DNA of 27,426 bases, taken from positions 1 to 27,426 of the forward strand of contig JBDKRC010000212.1 of NCBI GenBank assembly GCA_039683575.1, written 5' to 3'. Below the pieces are notes generated by a model. The model was not told the DNA's origin and searched no databases. It saw nothing but the letters and a program-made list of their open reading frames with translations. Shown in pieces: positions 1-8,498 of this stretch (position 1 is its first letter; each line of letters starts with the position of its first letter). This DNA is from Armatimonadia bacterium. GTDB taxonomy: Bacteria > Armatimonadota > Zipacnadia > Zipacnadales > UBA11051. A program made the translations under genes and the position numbers.

Positions 1-183
1 TGCCCCTGCGGTCGGGCTACGCCCTCCCTCCGGGGCAGCCGCGCCCGAGGCGAAGGTGGCCTCCCAACCAAGGGCGCACAAGCCGACAGGCCACCAACCC
101 GCCTCCGACCACCCCTGGCGCAAGTCATACAAAGGGACATTTCTATTTGGCAGATAGAGGGACATTTCTACTTTGCGTTGACA
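1..183 (+). mobile_element. Right end of an ISNCY/IS1202-like insertion sequence
   Basis: The transposase tail is followed by two copies of AGGGACATTTCTA (133-145, 158-170) and a terminal TTGACA ending at 183. This fits the TGT...ACA ends with subterminal repeats of IS481/IS1202-type elements. Confidence 0.75.
2..157 (+). CDS. C-terminal fragment of ISNCY/IS1202-type DDE transposase (truncated by window start)
   Basis: Frame 2 reads APAVGLRPPSGAAAPEAKVASQPRAHKPTGHQPASDHPWRKSYKGTFLFGR* (TAG 155-157). A Pro-rich tail ending in PxxDHPWR is typical of this transposase family. Not in the supplied ORF track. Confidence 0.75.
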   Translation, partial: APAVGLRPPSGAAAPEAKVASQPRAHKPTGHQPASDHPWRKSYKGTFLFGR

Positions 184-219
184 CACCAATCCACCGGATA
201 TGCGGGAGTTTTTGGCTCT

Positions 220-1245
220 CTACACCGCCGGGGCGGCGTAGCTGAACCGCCGGCCCTCCAATGACAGCGCGCCCATGTCGTTTACGATCGACTGCAGCCC
301 CAAGATGGTACAGGACATCGGGTCGGTCGCCACCCGTACCGGGACCCCCAGCCAGTCCGCCATGTGCTCCGACAAGCCCTTGAGCAGCGCCGTGCCACCC
401 GCGAGGGTGATGCCGTTGGCCGCCAGTTCAGCGCGGGCCTTGGGCGGCAGTTGCTCGATCAGCCAGGCAATTTCATCGTATATCGGCGCCAGAGCGTCAG
501 CTACCACTGCCGGAATCTCGTCCATCTTCACGTCGTAGGCCTGAAGCTCATCGCTTGAGGTCGAGAAGCCGTTGGTGCTTCCCGAGAGCAGCGGGTCCAC
601 CGCCCCAACCTGTATCTTCATCTCTTCGGCAGTCGTGGCGGAGATCCTGATGCCCTGCGTCCGCTTGACATGGCGCACTATCGCCTCGTCAATGCGGTCA
701 CCGGCCAGAATCGGTGAGGCGCCGGCGCTGAGAAGCCCCATGGAAAGCGCCCCCATGTCCGTCGCCCCGGCGCCGATGTCCACCAGCAGGTGGGTCTCGA
801 TGTTATCCAGAGGCAGACCGGCCCCGATGGCGGCAGCGAGAGCCTTTTGCACCACGAGGATGCGTCCCCCGCCAGCCACGCGGATTGCGTCTTGCAGCAC
901 CCGCTGTTCGACAGGAGTGGCAGCGGTCGGGCAGGCCGTGACTACGATGGGGTTGAGCAAGGGACGGCGGCCCAGCGCCTGGTGCATGAAGTGGCGAAGG
1001 AGAGCCACGGCCGCATCGAAATCAGCCACAACACCGTTGCGGATGGGATGGACCACGCGCACGCCCTGCACGGCCCGCTCCAGCATCCGCCGTGCCTCCA
1101 GCCCAAACGCGAGCGGCTTTCGACGGGTTTCCGCATAGGCGACCACCGCCGGCTCGCGCACGACCACTCCGCCATGTTTGACGGAGATGTGCAGACAGGA
1201 GGTGCCGACATCAATGGCCAGTTCCTCGGCCCAGGGCAAATTCAT
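220..1245 (-). CDS. mreB: Rod shape-determining protein MreB/Mbl-like actin homologue (divergent paralogue)
   Basis: Motifs AIDVGT, REPAVVA, HPIRNGVVADFD, AAAIGAGL, VDIGAGATD, AGDRID, TAEEMKIQVG, LAGGTALLKGL. Start set at ATG 1245 (MNLPWAEE) with GGAGG upstream; the ORF extension to 1632 overlaps the divergent gene. Confidence 0.9.
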   Translation of the reverse strand: MNLPWAEELAIDVGTSCLHISVKHGGVVVREPAVVAYAETRRKPLAFGLEARRMLERAVQGVRVVHPIRNGVVADFDAAVALLRHFMHQALGRRPLLNPIVVTACPTAATPVEQRVLQDAIRVAGGGRILVVQKALAAAIGAGLPLDNIETHLLVDIGAGATDMGALSMGLLSAGASPILAGDRIDEAIVRHVKRTQGIRISATTAEEMKIQVGAVDPLLSGSTNGFSTSSDELQAYDVKMDEIPAVVADALAPIYDEIAWLIEQLPPKARAELAANGITLAGGTALLKGLSEHMADWLGVPVRVATDPMSCTILGLQSIVNDMGALSLEGRRFSYAAPAV

Positions 1246-1325
1246 AGAGCCTCCATCGCTTAGGTACCGCCCGGCGGCGGCGGTCAGGGCCGCTGAGGGT
1301 GCCGGGCCCGGTGGTACAAACGGTA

Positions 1326-1355
1326 ATTCTACACCAAGAAGATGAAGAAACGCAA
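1326..1355 (-). promoter_or_regulatory. Putative sigma70 promoter for the mreB-like gene
   Basis: Minus strand TTGCGT-N18-TAGAAT, about 80 nt upstream of the ATG. Confidence 0.4.
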
Positions 1356-1483
1356 ACGTGCAAAGCATTAACGCGGCGTGTGCAGGGGCGCTGCTCCCCT
1401 GTGGCTGCGAGGCCGACGCCCCAAACCATCTCGTATCACCAAGCGTCGGTACGAGGGGAGACGTGAGCCTGAAGTGAGGAGGA

Positions 1484-2287
1484 ATGAGCGTGAGCAGAGC
1501 ACTGAGGACGGGGGTGCTACCAGTGCTGTACCTGCTGGCCGGGTGCCTGGCCGCGTACGCTGTCGGGCAGCTCGTGCAGTCCACGGCGCCGGCGTTGGTG
1601 GTGTCGACCGCACAGGCACAGCCGGCAGGCACGGTTACGGTTGAGCGCGTGGAGGCGGCGGGGCTGGACGCGGGCCGGCTGCGCGTCGGGGAGAAGGAAA
1701 TCGGAGTGCTGGCTACGCCCGCCGCGGGATTCTCCGGCTATGAGCGCGGGCTGATCGTAGCGGACCGGATCAACCGGCGGATGGCTGGCGGGGCGCGTCC
1801 GGAGGACTTCACTGTCGCTCGGCGGGGTGACCTGACGGTCATCGAGGCAGGCCCGAATGAGCCGGTTCTCACCGTGACCCCGGATGACGCGAAGTATGCA
1901 GCGACCGAGACTGCAACACTGGCGCGGAGGTGGACGTCCGCGCTGCGTCAGGGACTTGGTGGCAGCGCTTTGGAAGAAGCGCCTGCCACCGATGTACAAG
2001 TGGAGCGGACTGAGACAACCACCCAACAGTGGCGTCCTAGTGAGCCGTATGATGACAAATACGTGCCGATTCTGAGCCTGTTACAGGGGACACGCCTGGG
2101 AGTGGCGCGCGTCAACGGCCCGCGCAGCCGCGTGGACCTGACCCAGGCGGTGGCGCAGTTCTCGATCGATTTCGGCAGCTTTCTCGAAATTGACATCTAC
2201 GTTCCAATCTCCACCCGGGAGCCCGGCAAGAGTCTCTCACGCGTGCAGGGCGTGGGCGTGACGGGGCTGGGGGACATAAAGCTCTAG
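1484..2287 (+). CDS. Secreted/membrane-anchored hypothetical protein, two domains
   Basis: GAGGAGG RBS before ATG; N-terminal hydrophobic signal-like segment; C-terminal ~80 aa is paralogous to the next gene. Confidence 0.8.
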   Translation: MSVSRALRTGVLPVLYLLAGCLAAYAVGQLVQSTAPALVVSTAQAQPAGTVTVERVEAAGLDAGRLRVGEKEIGVLATPAAGFSGYERGLIVADRINRRMAGGARPEDFTVARRGDLTVIEAGPNEPVLTVTPDDAKYAATETATLARRWTSALRQGLGGSALEEAPATDVQVERTETTTQQWRPSEPYDDKYVPILSLLQGTRLGVARVNGPRSRVDLTQAVAQFSIDFGSFLEIDIYVPISTREPGKSLSRVQGVGVTGLGDIKL

Positions 2288-2296
2288 GAGGCAGAG

Positions 2297-2758
2297 ATGT
2301 TCAGGCACAAGACACTGAGAGTATTCGCGGTATGTTGTCTCCTCGCGGCCTTCGGGTTGGGGGTGACCACGGCGCCGAACCCGGCCCGGGCGCTTAGCCT
2401 TGGCGGAGGCATCGGGGACCTGGTCAAGATCTTCGGTATCGCGTGGGTCGTGGAACGTTTCGGGCCGCAGATCGACCGGGCGATCAACGACGCACTCAAG
2501 CAGCGGGATGCCCAGATCGAGGGCTATACGAAGGTCGTGCCGATCGTGCGCGTCGGCAGTAGCACCGCTGTCGGCGCAGCCCAGGTCATGGGCCCGCGCG
2601 TGCAGGTGGACAAAGTCCAGGCGGTAGCTGAGGTAGAACTGCGCGTTATCGGGTCCATTCGCGGTCGCGGATTGATACCGGTCAGCACACGCGACGCGCA
2701 GACGGTAAAGGGCGTCGGAGGCGTTGGCGTATCGGCCAACATCAAGTTCCCGATATAG
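2297..2758 (+). CDS. Secreted hypothetical protein
   Basis: AGGAGG RBS; starts 10 nt after the upstream stop; signal peptide ending ARA; motifs TKVVPI, GAAQVMGP, QAVAEVE, GVGVSA. Confidence 0.85.
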   Translation: MFRHKTLRVFAVCCLLAAFGLGVTTAPNPARALSLGGGIGDLVKIFGIAWVVERFGPQIDRAINDALKQRDAQIEGYTKVVPIVRVGSSTAVGAAQVMGPRVQVDKVQAVAEVELRVIGSIRGRGLIPVSTRDAQTVKGVGGVGVSANIKFPI

Positions 2759-2854
2759 ATCATTGCAGGCCGAAGAGGATGCGGGAAACTAGAAGGAACA
2801 GGGTCCTTTACTGTCGAAACGCAAGACATCCTTGGATTGGGAAGGGACTGCGGA

Positions 2855-3829
2855 ATGATCACGACGCTTCACGTTGGGCTTGGGACTATTGGACGCGAGA
2901 TTCTGAAGGCGACTGTGCTCACCGGGCGCTGCCACCCCATCGGCGGTGTTGATCCCGTGTTCGCCGGGCAGGCCATGACTGCGCTGCCTGACACTCCACG
3001 GGTGGAAGGACAGGTTTTCCACGACCTTGACGAGGCGCTGAGCCTTAAGCCACGCGCAGCCGTCATTTCCACTTTCTCCAGGGTCGAGGCCATCGCCGAC
3101 GACCTGTTCAAGCTCATCGCGGCCGGGGTCAACGTGGTCTCAAGCTGTGAGAACCTGTCATACCCGTGGCTGAAGACGCCTGAACTGGCCGACGAGCTTG
3201 ATGAAGCGGCCAAGGACGCCGGGGTGACAATCGTCGGGACCGGGGTGAACCCCGGATTTGTACTTGATTGTCTACCAGTAATGCTGTGCAGGCCCTGTGA
3301 GACAGTGCAGCATGTGCGTGCGAGCCGGATCGTGGATACGGCGCGGCGGCGCAAGCAACTGCAACTCAAGACCGGCGGGGGCATGACACTGGAGGAGTTC
3401 AGGGCCAAGACCAGGGCGGGCTTGCTCGGCCACGTCGGCCTTCCAGAGTCCGTGGCCCTGATCGCGAAGGGCCTTCGCTGGGATGTGGACCATGATAAGA
3501 TTGGGGAGACGATCGAGCCGATCATCAACGAGTTGACCGTGGAAACGGAGCACGTGCGCGCGACTCCGGAACTGGTCAAAGGCCACTACCAGACCGTGAC
3601 GCTCCATGGTGAACGCGACAAGAGCATCAGCCTGGCTCTGACGATGCAGCTCGGTGCCCGCGAAGAGTATGACGACATCCTCGTCGAGGGCGAACCGAAT
3701 ATCCACGCGCGGATCGTCGGCGGCGTCTTTGGCGACAGCGCGACCGCTGGCTGCACGGCCAACATCATCCACCAGGCCGTCATGGCGCGACCGGGGCTGC
3801 TGACAGTCCTGGACATGCCGCTGGTATGA
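2855..3829 (+). CDS. NAD(P)-dependent dehydrogenase, 2,4-diaminopentanoate dehydrogenase (Ord)/DapB-like family
   Basis: Rossmann HVGLGTIG, NVVSSCE, GTGVNPGF, GHVGLPES, GGVFGDSATA and C-terminal ARPGLLTVLDMP. Start set at ATG 2855 (MITTLHVG). Confidence 0.75.
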   Translation: MITTLHVGLGTIGREILKATVLTGRCHPIGGVDPVFAGQAMTALPDTPRVEGQVFHDLDEALSLKPRAAVISTFSRVEAIADDLFKLIAAGVNVVSSCENLSYPWLKTPELADELDEAAKDAGVTIVGTGVNPGFVLDCLPVMLCRPCETVQHVRASRIVDTARRRKQLQLKTGGGMTLEEFRAKTRAGLLGHVGLPESVALIAKGLRWDVDHDKIGETIEPIINELTVETEHVRATPELVKGHYQTVTLHGERDKSISLALTMQLGAREEYDDILVEGEPNIHARIVGGVFGDSATAGCTANIIHQAVMARPGLLTVLDMPLV

Positions 3830-3927
3830 TTTTGTAGTATGCCTGCTTCACTCTACAGCTACAGCACGTGCCCGGCCTTATGGTCGGGCACGTGATTTCG
3901 ACCTATCCCCCGCGAATGGAAACCGCA

Positions 3928-6876
3928 ATGCGCTATCTCCGCCTGCTGCTGCTACTAAGCCTCTTCTCCCCCGCGTACTCGTTTGACCTCACGCGCGCCG
4001 GAAAGCCGTTGGCCACGATTGTGGTGCCCGATGAGGCGCTGCCGGTGGTGAAAGCGGCGGCTGAGGAACTGCAGTACCACGTGCGCCGGGCGTCAGGCGC
4101 AACGCTGCCGATCGTGGCCGAGACCACGGCTCCGGCTGGGCCTGGCGTCATCTACCTCGGTGCCTGCAAGGCCGCCCTGGCGACGCCGTTGCCTGCGCTA
4201 TCGCCCAATGCCTTCATGGTCCGCAATGCAGGTGGGAACCTCTACTTGTGTGGGGATGATACTGCTGGCGAGGCGTTCTGGATCCTGCATGGCAACCGCA
4301 CGCGCGTCGGGACCTTGTTCGCGGTCTACCACCTGCTTGACACCTACATGGGCGTGCGCTGGCTGTGGCCCGGCCCCCTCGGTGAAATCATCCCTGCCAA
4401 CGCTACCATTAGCGTGAATATCCCCAATGGCGTCGTGAAGCCCACGTTCGTCCACACCCGGTGGCGCGACGGCGGGATGTACAGCTCCAATGTCAAGGGC
4501 TGGGCAGACCCGAAGACCCGGTCGGACTATCTCAACGCGCAGGGCAAGTTCCTGCGCCGGCACCGCTTCGCGATGGGCGTGAACATGGACATGGCGCACG
4601 CCTACACGAACTGGTGGGAGCGCTTCGGCGCCACGCACCCGGAGTACTTCAACCTCTTGCCTGACGGCACCCGCCGTTCGGATCCCCTCTACCACGGCGC
4701 GGCGCCAAGCCTGATCTCGATGTCGGTCGGGGAGCCGGCCTTCTGGCAGCAGAAGATTGCTGACTGGGCTGCCACGCGGTCGCCTGACCGCCCCAATGTA
4801 GATGCCAGCGAGAATGACACGGCGGGCAAGTGCGTATGCGAGAAGTGTCTGGCGATGGACGAACCGGATCCCGACAACCCCGTACCCTTTGCTGACCGGG
4901 TGAAAGAGGCCGAGAAGCGCTTCAAGGCGGGAGACGGGGCCTGGTACGAGGCGCTGGGCTCGCTGGCGGATCGCTATGCGCGCTACTACCTGGCCCTGCA
5001 GAAAGAAGCCGAGAAGGTTGACCCACAGGCCGTTGTGATGGGCTACGCGTACGCGAACTACGTCAAGCCTCCGCTGAAGACCAAGCTCAATGACCGGATC
5101 ATCATCGGTATCGTACCGGCGCTGATGTATCCATGGACGAAAGAGAAGCGCCAGGCCTTCATTGACCAATGGGAAGGTTGGTCTGCGGCCGGGGCCCGGC
5201 TGTTCTTGCGGCCCAACTACATGCTCGACGGGCACAACCTGCCCATCAACTTCGCACGGGCCCTCGGCGAGGACTTCTCCTTCGCGGCGAGCCACGGACT
5301 CATCGGAACGGACTTCGACTCGCTCACAGGCCAGTGGGCCTCGCAGGGCCTTAACCTGTACATGCTGGCGCGGCTGCACGACTGTCCAACGCTGCCGGTG
5401 CAGAAGGTCATGGACGAGTACTACTCCGCCTTTGGCCCGGCCGCCAGGGCTGTCAGAGCCTACTTTGACTATTGGGAACAGGTCTCAGACCAGGTCAAGG
5501 ATGAAAAGTACACGGTGATGGATGACGTTGCCGGCAATCGCGGCCCGCTGCTGCACTGGTCGTATTTCCACCGCAACGGAGACCTCATCTTCACGCCTGC
5601 GGTCATGGCCAAAGGCCGTGAGCTCATGAACAAAGCCCTCGCAGCGGCACGAGGGGCTGGCGAAGCCGAGGCCCGCACTGCGTTCCTCGACCACGGCCTG
5701 ACCAACGCCGAGCTCACGCTGGCGGTGCAGCGCGCCTATCGCGAATACAAGGCCAAGGGCCTGATCGAGCCGTACGTCGCGGCCCTGCAGGTTCTCGATG
5801 ACTTCCGCGCCGCGCACGAGGGCGAGTTCATCGGCAATATGGCCTACCTGGCGTGGGCCGAGTCGCGCGATTGGGACCGCGATCTGATCAAGCTGATGGC
5901 CACGCCTGGGACCCGCCTGCCCGATCCATGGAAGTTCATGTGGGAAGCCCCCGGCACCCCCGCCCCCGGCGACGCCATCCCGGCCTGGGCAAAAGTCGAT
6001 TTCGACGACTCGAAGTGGTATTCGATCAGCACCGGCGCGGCATGGGAAGAGCAGGAGGTCGGCAAGCAGTACCGCAAAGCCCACGGCCAGGACTTCGACG
6101 GCTTCGCATGGTACAGGACCACCTTCACGGTGCCCAGGCCCGAAAGGCCCTCCCAGGTACGCCTGATCTTCGGCGCGGTAGACGAGTCCTGCATCATCTG
6201 GTTGAACGGCAAGGAGATCCACCGCCGGCCATACCCGTTCAACGGTGATACGGATTCGTGGAAGCAGGCGTTTGAGGTGGACATCACCGACAACGTTCGG
6301 CTTGATGCGCCGAACTTCCTGGCCGTCCGCGTGCAAGACACTGCGGGCGCTGGGGGCATCTGGAAGCCGGTGTGGCTGATGGTCAGCGAGGCGCCTGCCC
6401 TCGGCGCTGACAACCTGGTCCCCGACGGCGGCTTCGAGGCCGCCCCCACGCCATGGAAGCAGAACGTCATGGCTGGCAAGTACCGCTTCACGCTCGACAC
6501 CGCGCAGAAGCACAACGGGCGATCCTCAGGGCTCCTGGAGTGCCAGGAAGTGGGCGCTCCGGACGTGCAGGCCAAGATGGGCACCCGGGCGTGGGCGCGC
6601 TGGTACCAGACGGGATTGAAGCTTGAGCCGGGGAAGACCTACTCGCTACGGGTGTGGTATCGCACCAGCGACGACTTCGCGGGCGCGGTCAAGCTGTGGG
6701 TGCGAGGCGCGAAGGGGGCGACCCAGGAGACCAAGGGCCTGGGCACGCAGGGGATCTGGCGCGAGTTGAAGGCCGAAGGCCTCAAGCCAGGTGACGAGAC
6801 GGCTCTCTACATGAACGTGATGGACAGCGTGGGGAAAGTCTGGTTTGACGACGTGCAGTTCGTGGCGGAGAAGTAA
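3928..6876 (+). CDS. Large secreted DUF4838-type putative glycoside hydrolase with GH2-like sugar-binding and CBM-like domains
   Basis: Signal peptide MRYLRLLLLLSLFSPAYS; N-domain AAEELQYHV...SGATLPI; GVRWLWPG; HPEYF; AYANYVKPP; LRPN; jelly-roll motifs DGFAWYRTTF...FGAVDE...WLNG...GGIWKPV; final NLVPDGGFE...VWFDDVQF CBM-like domain. Confidence 0.8.
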   Translation: MRYLRLLLLLSLFSPAYSFDLTRAGKPLATIVVPDEALPVVKAAAEELQYHVRRASGATLPIVAETTAPAGPGVIYLGACKAALATPLPALSPNAFMVRNAGGNLYLCGDDTAGEAFWILHGNRTRVGTLFAVYHLLDTYMGVRWLWPGPLGEIIPANATISVNIPNGVVKPTFVHTRWRDGGMYSSNVKGWADPKTRSDYLNAQGKFLRRHRFAMGVNMDMAHAYTNWWERFGATHPEYFNLLPDGTRRSDPLYHGAAPSLISMSVGEPAFWQQKIADWAATRSPDRPNVDASENDTAGKCVCEKCLAMDEPDPDNPVPFADRVKEAEKRFKAGDGAWYEALGSLADRYARYYLALQKEAEKVDPQAVVMGYAYANYVKPPLKTKLNDRIIIGIVPALMYPWTKEKRQAFIDQWEGWSAAGARLFLRPNYMLDGHNLPINFARALGEDFSFAASHGLIGTDFDSLTGQWASQGLNLYMLARLHDCPTLPVQKVMDEYYSAFGPAARAVRAYFDYWEQVSDQVKDEKYTVMDDVAGNRGPLLHWSYFHRNGDLIFTPAVMAKGRELMNKALAAARGAGEAEARTAFLDHGLTNAELTLAVQRAYREYKAKGLIEPYVAALQVLDDFRAAHEGEFIGNMAYLAWAESRDWDRDLIKLMATPGTRLPDPWKFMWEAPGTPAPGDAIPAWAKVDFDDSKWYSISTGAAWEEQEVGKQYRKAHGQDFDGFAWYRTTFTVPRPERPSQVRLIFGAVDESCIIWLNGKEIHRRPYPFNGDTDSWKQAFEVDITDNVRLDAPNFLAVRVQDTAGAGGIWKPVWLMVSEAPALGADNLVPDGGFEAAPTPWKQNVMAGKYRFTLDTAQKHNGRSSGLLECQEVGAPDVQAKMGTRAWARWYQTGLKLEPGKTYSLRVWYRTSDDFAGAVKLWVRGAKGATQETKGLGTQGIWRELKAEGLKPGDETALYMNVMDSVGKVWFDDVQFVAEK

Positions 6877-6894
6877 GCGCGGCGCGCCGGTACT

Positions 6895-7740
6895 CTACGC
6901 GTCACCTTTGCGGCCCGGAGTCTCGTTCCACTGCCGGGTCGCATACTTTTGTTCGCGCAGTTCCTCAGCCTTGGCGCGTTCCCAGTCGGTCAACTCACCG
7001 GGCTCGAGGTGAAGCTTGAAGGTGTCCGCGAAGCCCTGGGCGAGCGCCGCAGCGAGTTCGTCGTAGGTCACCGGGCGGCCCAGAGCGTCGGCTACGCCGC
7101 AGGCTGCATCCTGCAGGCGCCGCTGGCTGGCTTCATCGGTGCCGCCGCCGGGCATGACGGCCAAATGTTCGGCTGCCTCAATGTGGGTGGGCACCGAGCC
7201 ATGCTGCATGATGATCCCCCGCCGCCGCGTCTGGGCGCTACCGACGATCTTGCGCCCGGCCACCGTCATGTCGCACTTGGCTGCTTTGGCAAAACAGACC
7301 GTCGGCAGCCCCTCAGCCTTCATCCTCGGCTCGTTCTTGCGCTCAGCCAGATGAGCCCCTACCCCAAGCAGGCCCAGCCCCGCCTCAATCCCCCGCGAGA
7401 TAGTCCGGTACGATCCCATGACGCTGTGGCCCTTGTCGACAAGCCCCTCTGGCACCGTGACAGAGTAGGTCAACTCGTCCTTGTGCAAAATCGCCCGTCC
7501 CCCACTGGGGCGGCGGACGAGGCCGAACCCTCGCGCAGCTATCTCAGTGAGGCTAATCCCTTCATCAAGGGGCTGAAAGAAGCCGAGAGAGACGGCCGGC
7601 GGCACCCACGCATAGAAGCGCAGAGTTGGCACAAGCAACCCGGCGACACCTGCTTCAAGCAGGGCTTCGTCAACGGCCATGTTCCAGGGGCCATCGCCAG
7701 GGCCGGTATTCAAAAGACGCCAGGTGGGGTTGTCAGGCAT
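6895..7740 (-). CDS. Lipoate-protein ligase family protein, LipM-like octanoyltransferase
   Basis: WNMAVDEALL, PTLRFYAW, SLGFFQ, VRRPSGGRAILH, CF, GRKIVGSAQ, QHGS. Start ATG 7740 with GGAG RBS. No LplA C-terminal accessory domain. Adjacent to gcvH. Confidence 0.85.
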   Translation of the reverse strand: MPDNPTWRLLNTGPGDGPWNMAVDEALLEAGVAGLLVPTLRFYAWVPPAVSLGFFQPLDEGISLTEIAARGFGLVRRPSGGRAILHKDELTYSVTVPEGLVDKGHSVMGSYRTISRGIEAGLGLLGVGAHLAERKNEPRMKAEGLPTVCFAKAAKCDMTVAGRKIVGSAQTRRRGIIMQHGSVPTHIEAAEHLAVMPGGGTDEASQRRLQDAACGVADALGRPVTYDELAAALAQGFADTFKLHLEPGELTDWERAKAEELREQKYATRQWNETPGRKGDA

Positions 7741-7787
7741 GGATAAGACTCCGAATGGGATGCGCATGTTGTGTCGCTACGGACACA

Positions 7788-7824
7788 GAAAAGGCGGCCG
7801 ATCATACAGGAAGATCGGCCGCCT
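7788..7824 (-). terminator. Intrinsic terminator after gcvH
   Basis: 12-bp stem AGGCGGCCGATC (7792-7803) / GATCGGCCGCCT (7813-7824), running into a short U tract on the minus strand. Confidence 0.7.
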
Positions 7825-7848
7825 GAAGGTTCTGCCTACAGGAGGGGT

Positions 7849-8271
7849 TTACTCCTCCTCTTCCTCTTCTTCCTCAGCTTCGTCTTCCTCAGCGAGGCCC
7901 TCGATGCTGTCCATGTACTCGTCCTTGGTCAGCAGGGCGTCGAGGTCGCTTTCCTCGGCGAGCTTGACCGCGAGCAGCCAGCCCTCGCCATAGGGATCAT
8001 CGTTGACTGTCTCGGGATTGTCCACGACATCGTCATTGCGCCGGACGACTTCGCCGGTGACCGGAGCGACGAGGTCCTCGACCGCCTTCGGCGACTCGAT
8101 GCTGCCGAAGGGATCGTCGGCCTCAATGGTGGCGCCCACTTCGGGCAGTTCGATGAAGACGATATCGCCAAGCTGCTCCTGGGCGTAGTCAGTGACCCCA
8201 ATAATCAGCTCCTCACCCTCCTGCCGGACCCAGGTATGCGCTTCGTGGTATTTCATCTCGTCGGCGGCCAT
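7849..8271 (-). CDS. gcvH: Glycine cleavage system H protein (lipoyl carrier) with acidic tail
   Basis: HTWV, GVTDYAQEQLGDIVFIELP, lipoyl-Lys in IESPKAV, APVTGEV, NDDPYGEGWL. AAGGAGG RBS. Confidence 0.95.
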   Translation of the reverse strand: MAADEMKYHEAHTWVRQEGEELIIGVTDYAQEQLGDIVFIELPEVGATIEADDPFGSIESPKAVEDLVAPVTGEVVRRNDDVVDNPETVNDDPYGEGWLLAVKLAEESDLDALLTKDEYMDSIEGLAEEDEAEEEEEEEE

Positions 8272-8401
8272 CGATGCTTCCTCCTTGGAACTTCACCACT
8301 CGCCAGGTGCACTGGCTGTATGTCGTTGTTTTTACCGGGGCAAATACACCCGGGGTGCTGCTCGCTACCCCACCTCCAGGAGCCCCTTCACAGCGCCTGC
8401 A

Positions 8402-8430
8402 AGTGTACCTCCGAACCCCAGAGAGTGCAA
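8402..8430 (-). promoter_or_regulatory. Putative sigma70 promoter for gcvH
   Basis: Minus strand TTGCAC-N17-TACACT. Confidence 0.55.
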
Positions 8431-8498
8431 GAGGGTTTTCGGGGTGTGCGGCACCTGCGCCGCAGGGCGCGCGAAGAGGGTCTCTGCTGCGCTCAGCA

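Noticed and set aside
133-170. CRISPR-like direct repeats
   Set aside because: Only two 13-bp copies with a 12-bp spacer; better explained as IS subterminal repeats. No cas genes or arrays are seen in the window.
184-219. XerCD dif/xrs site next to the IS1202-like end
   Set aside because: No resemblance to the 11-6-11 dif consensus (no TTATGTTAAA-like arm).
1246-1632. 129-aa N-terminal extension of mreB in the ORF track
   Set aside because: Not MreB-like, overlaps the divergent gene at 1484, and a good RBS precedes ATG 1245.
8272-8498. Glycine riboswitch upstream of gcvH
   Set aside because: The GGAGA...CCGAAG...CUCUCAGG core was not found on the minus strand; the region instead holds a plausible promoter.
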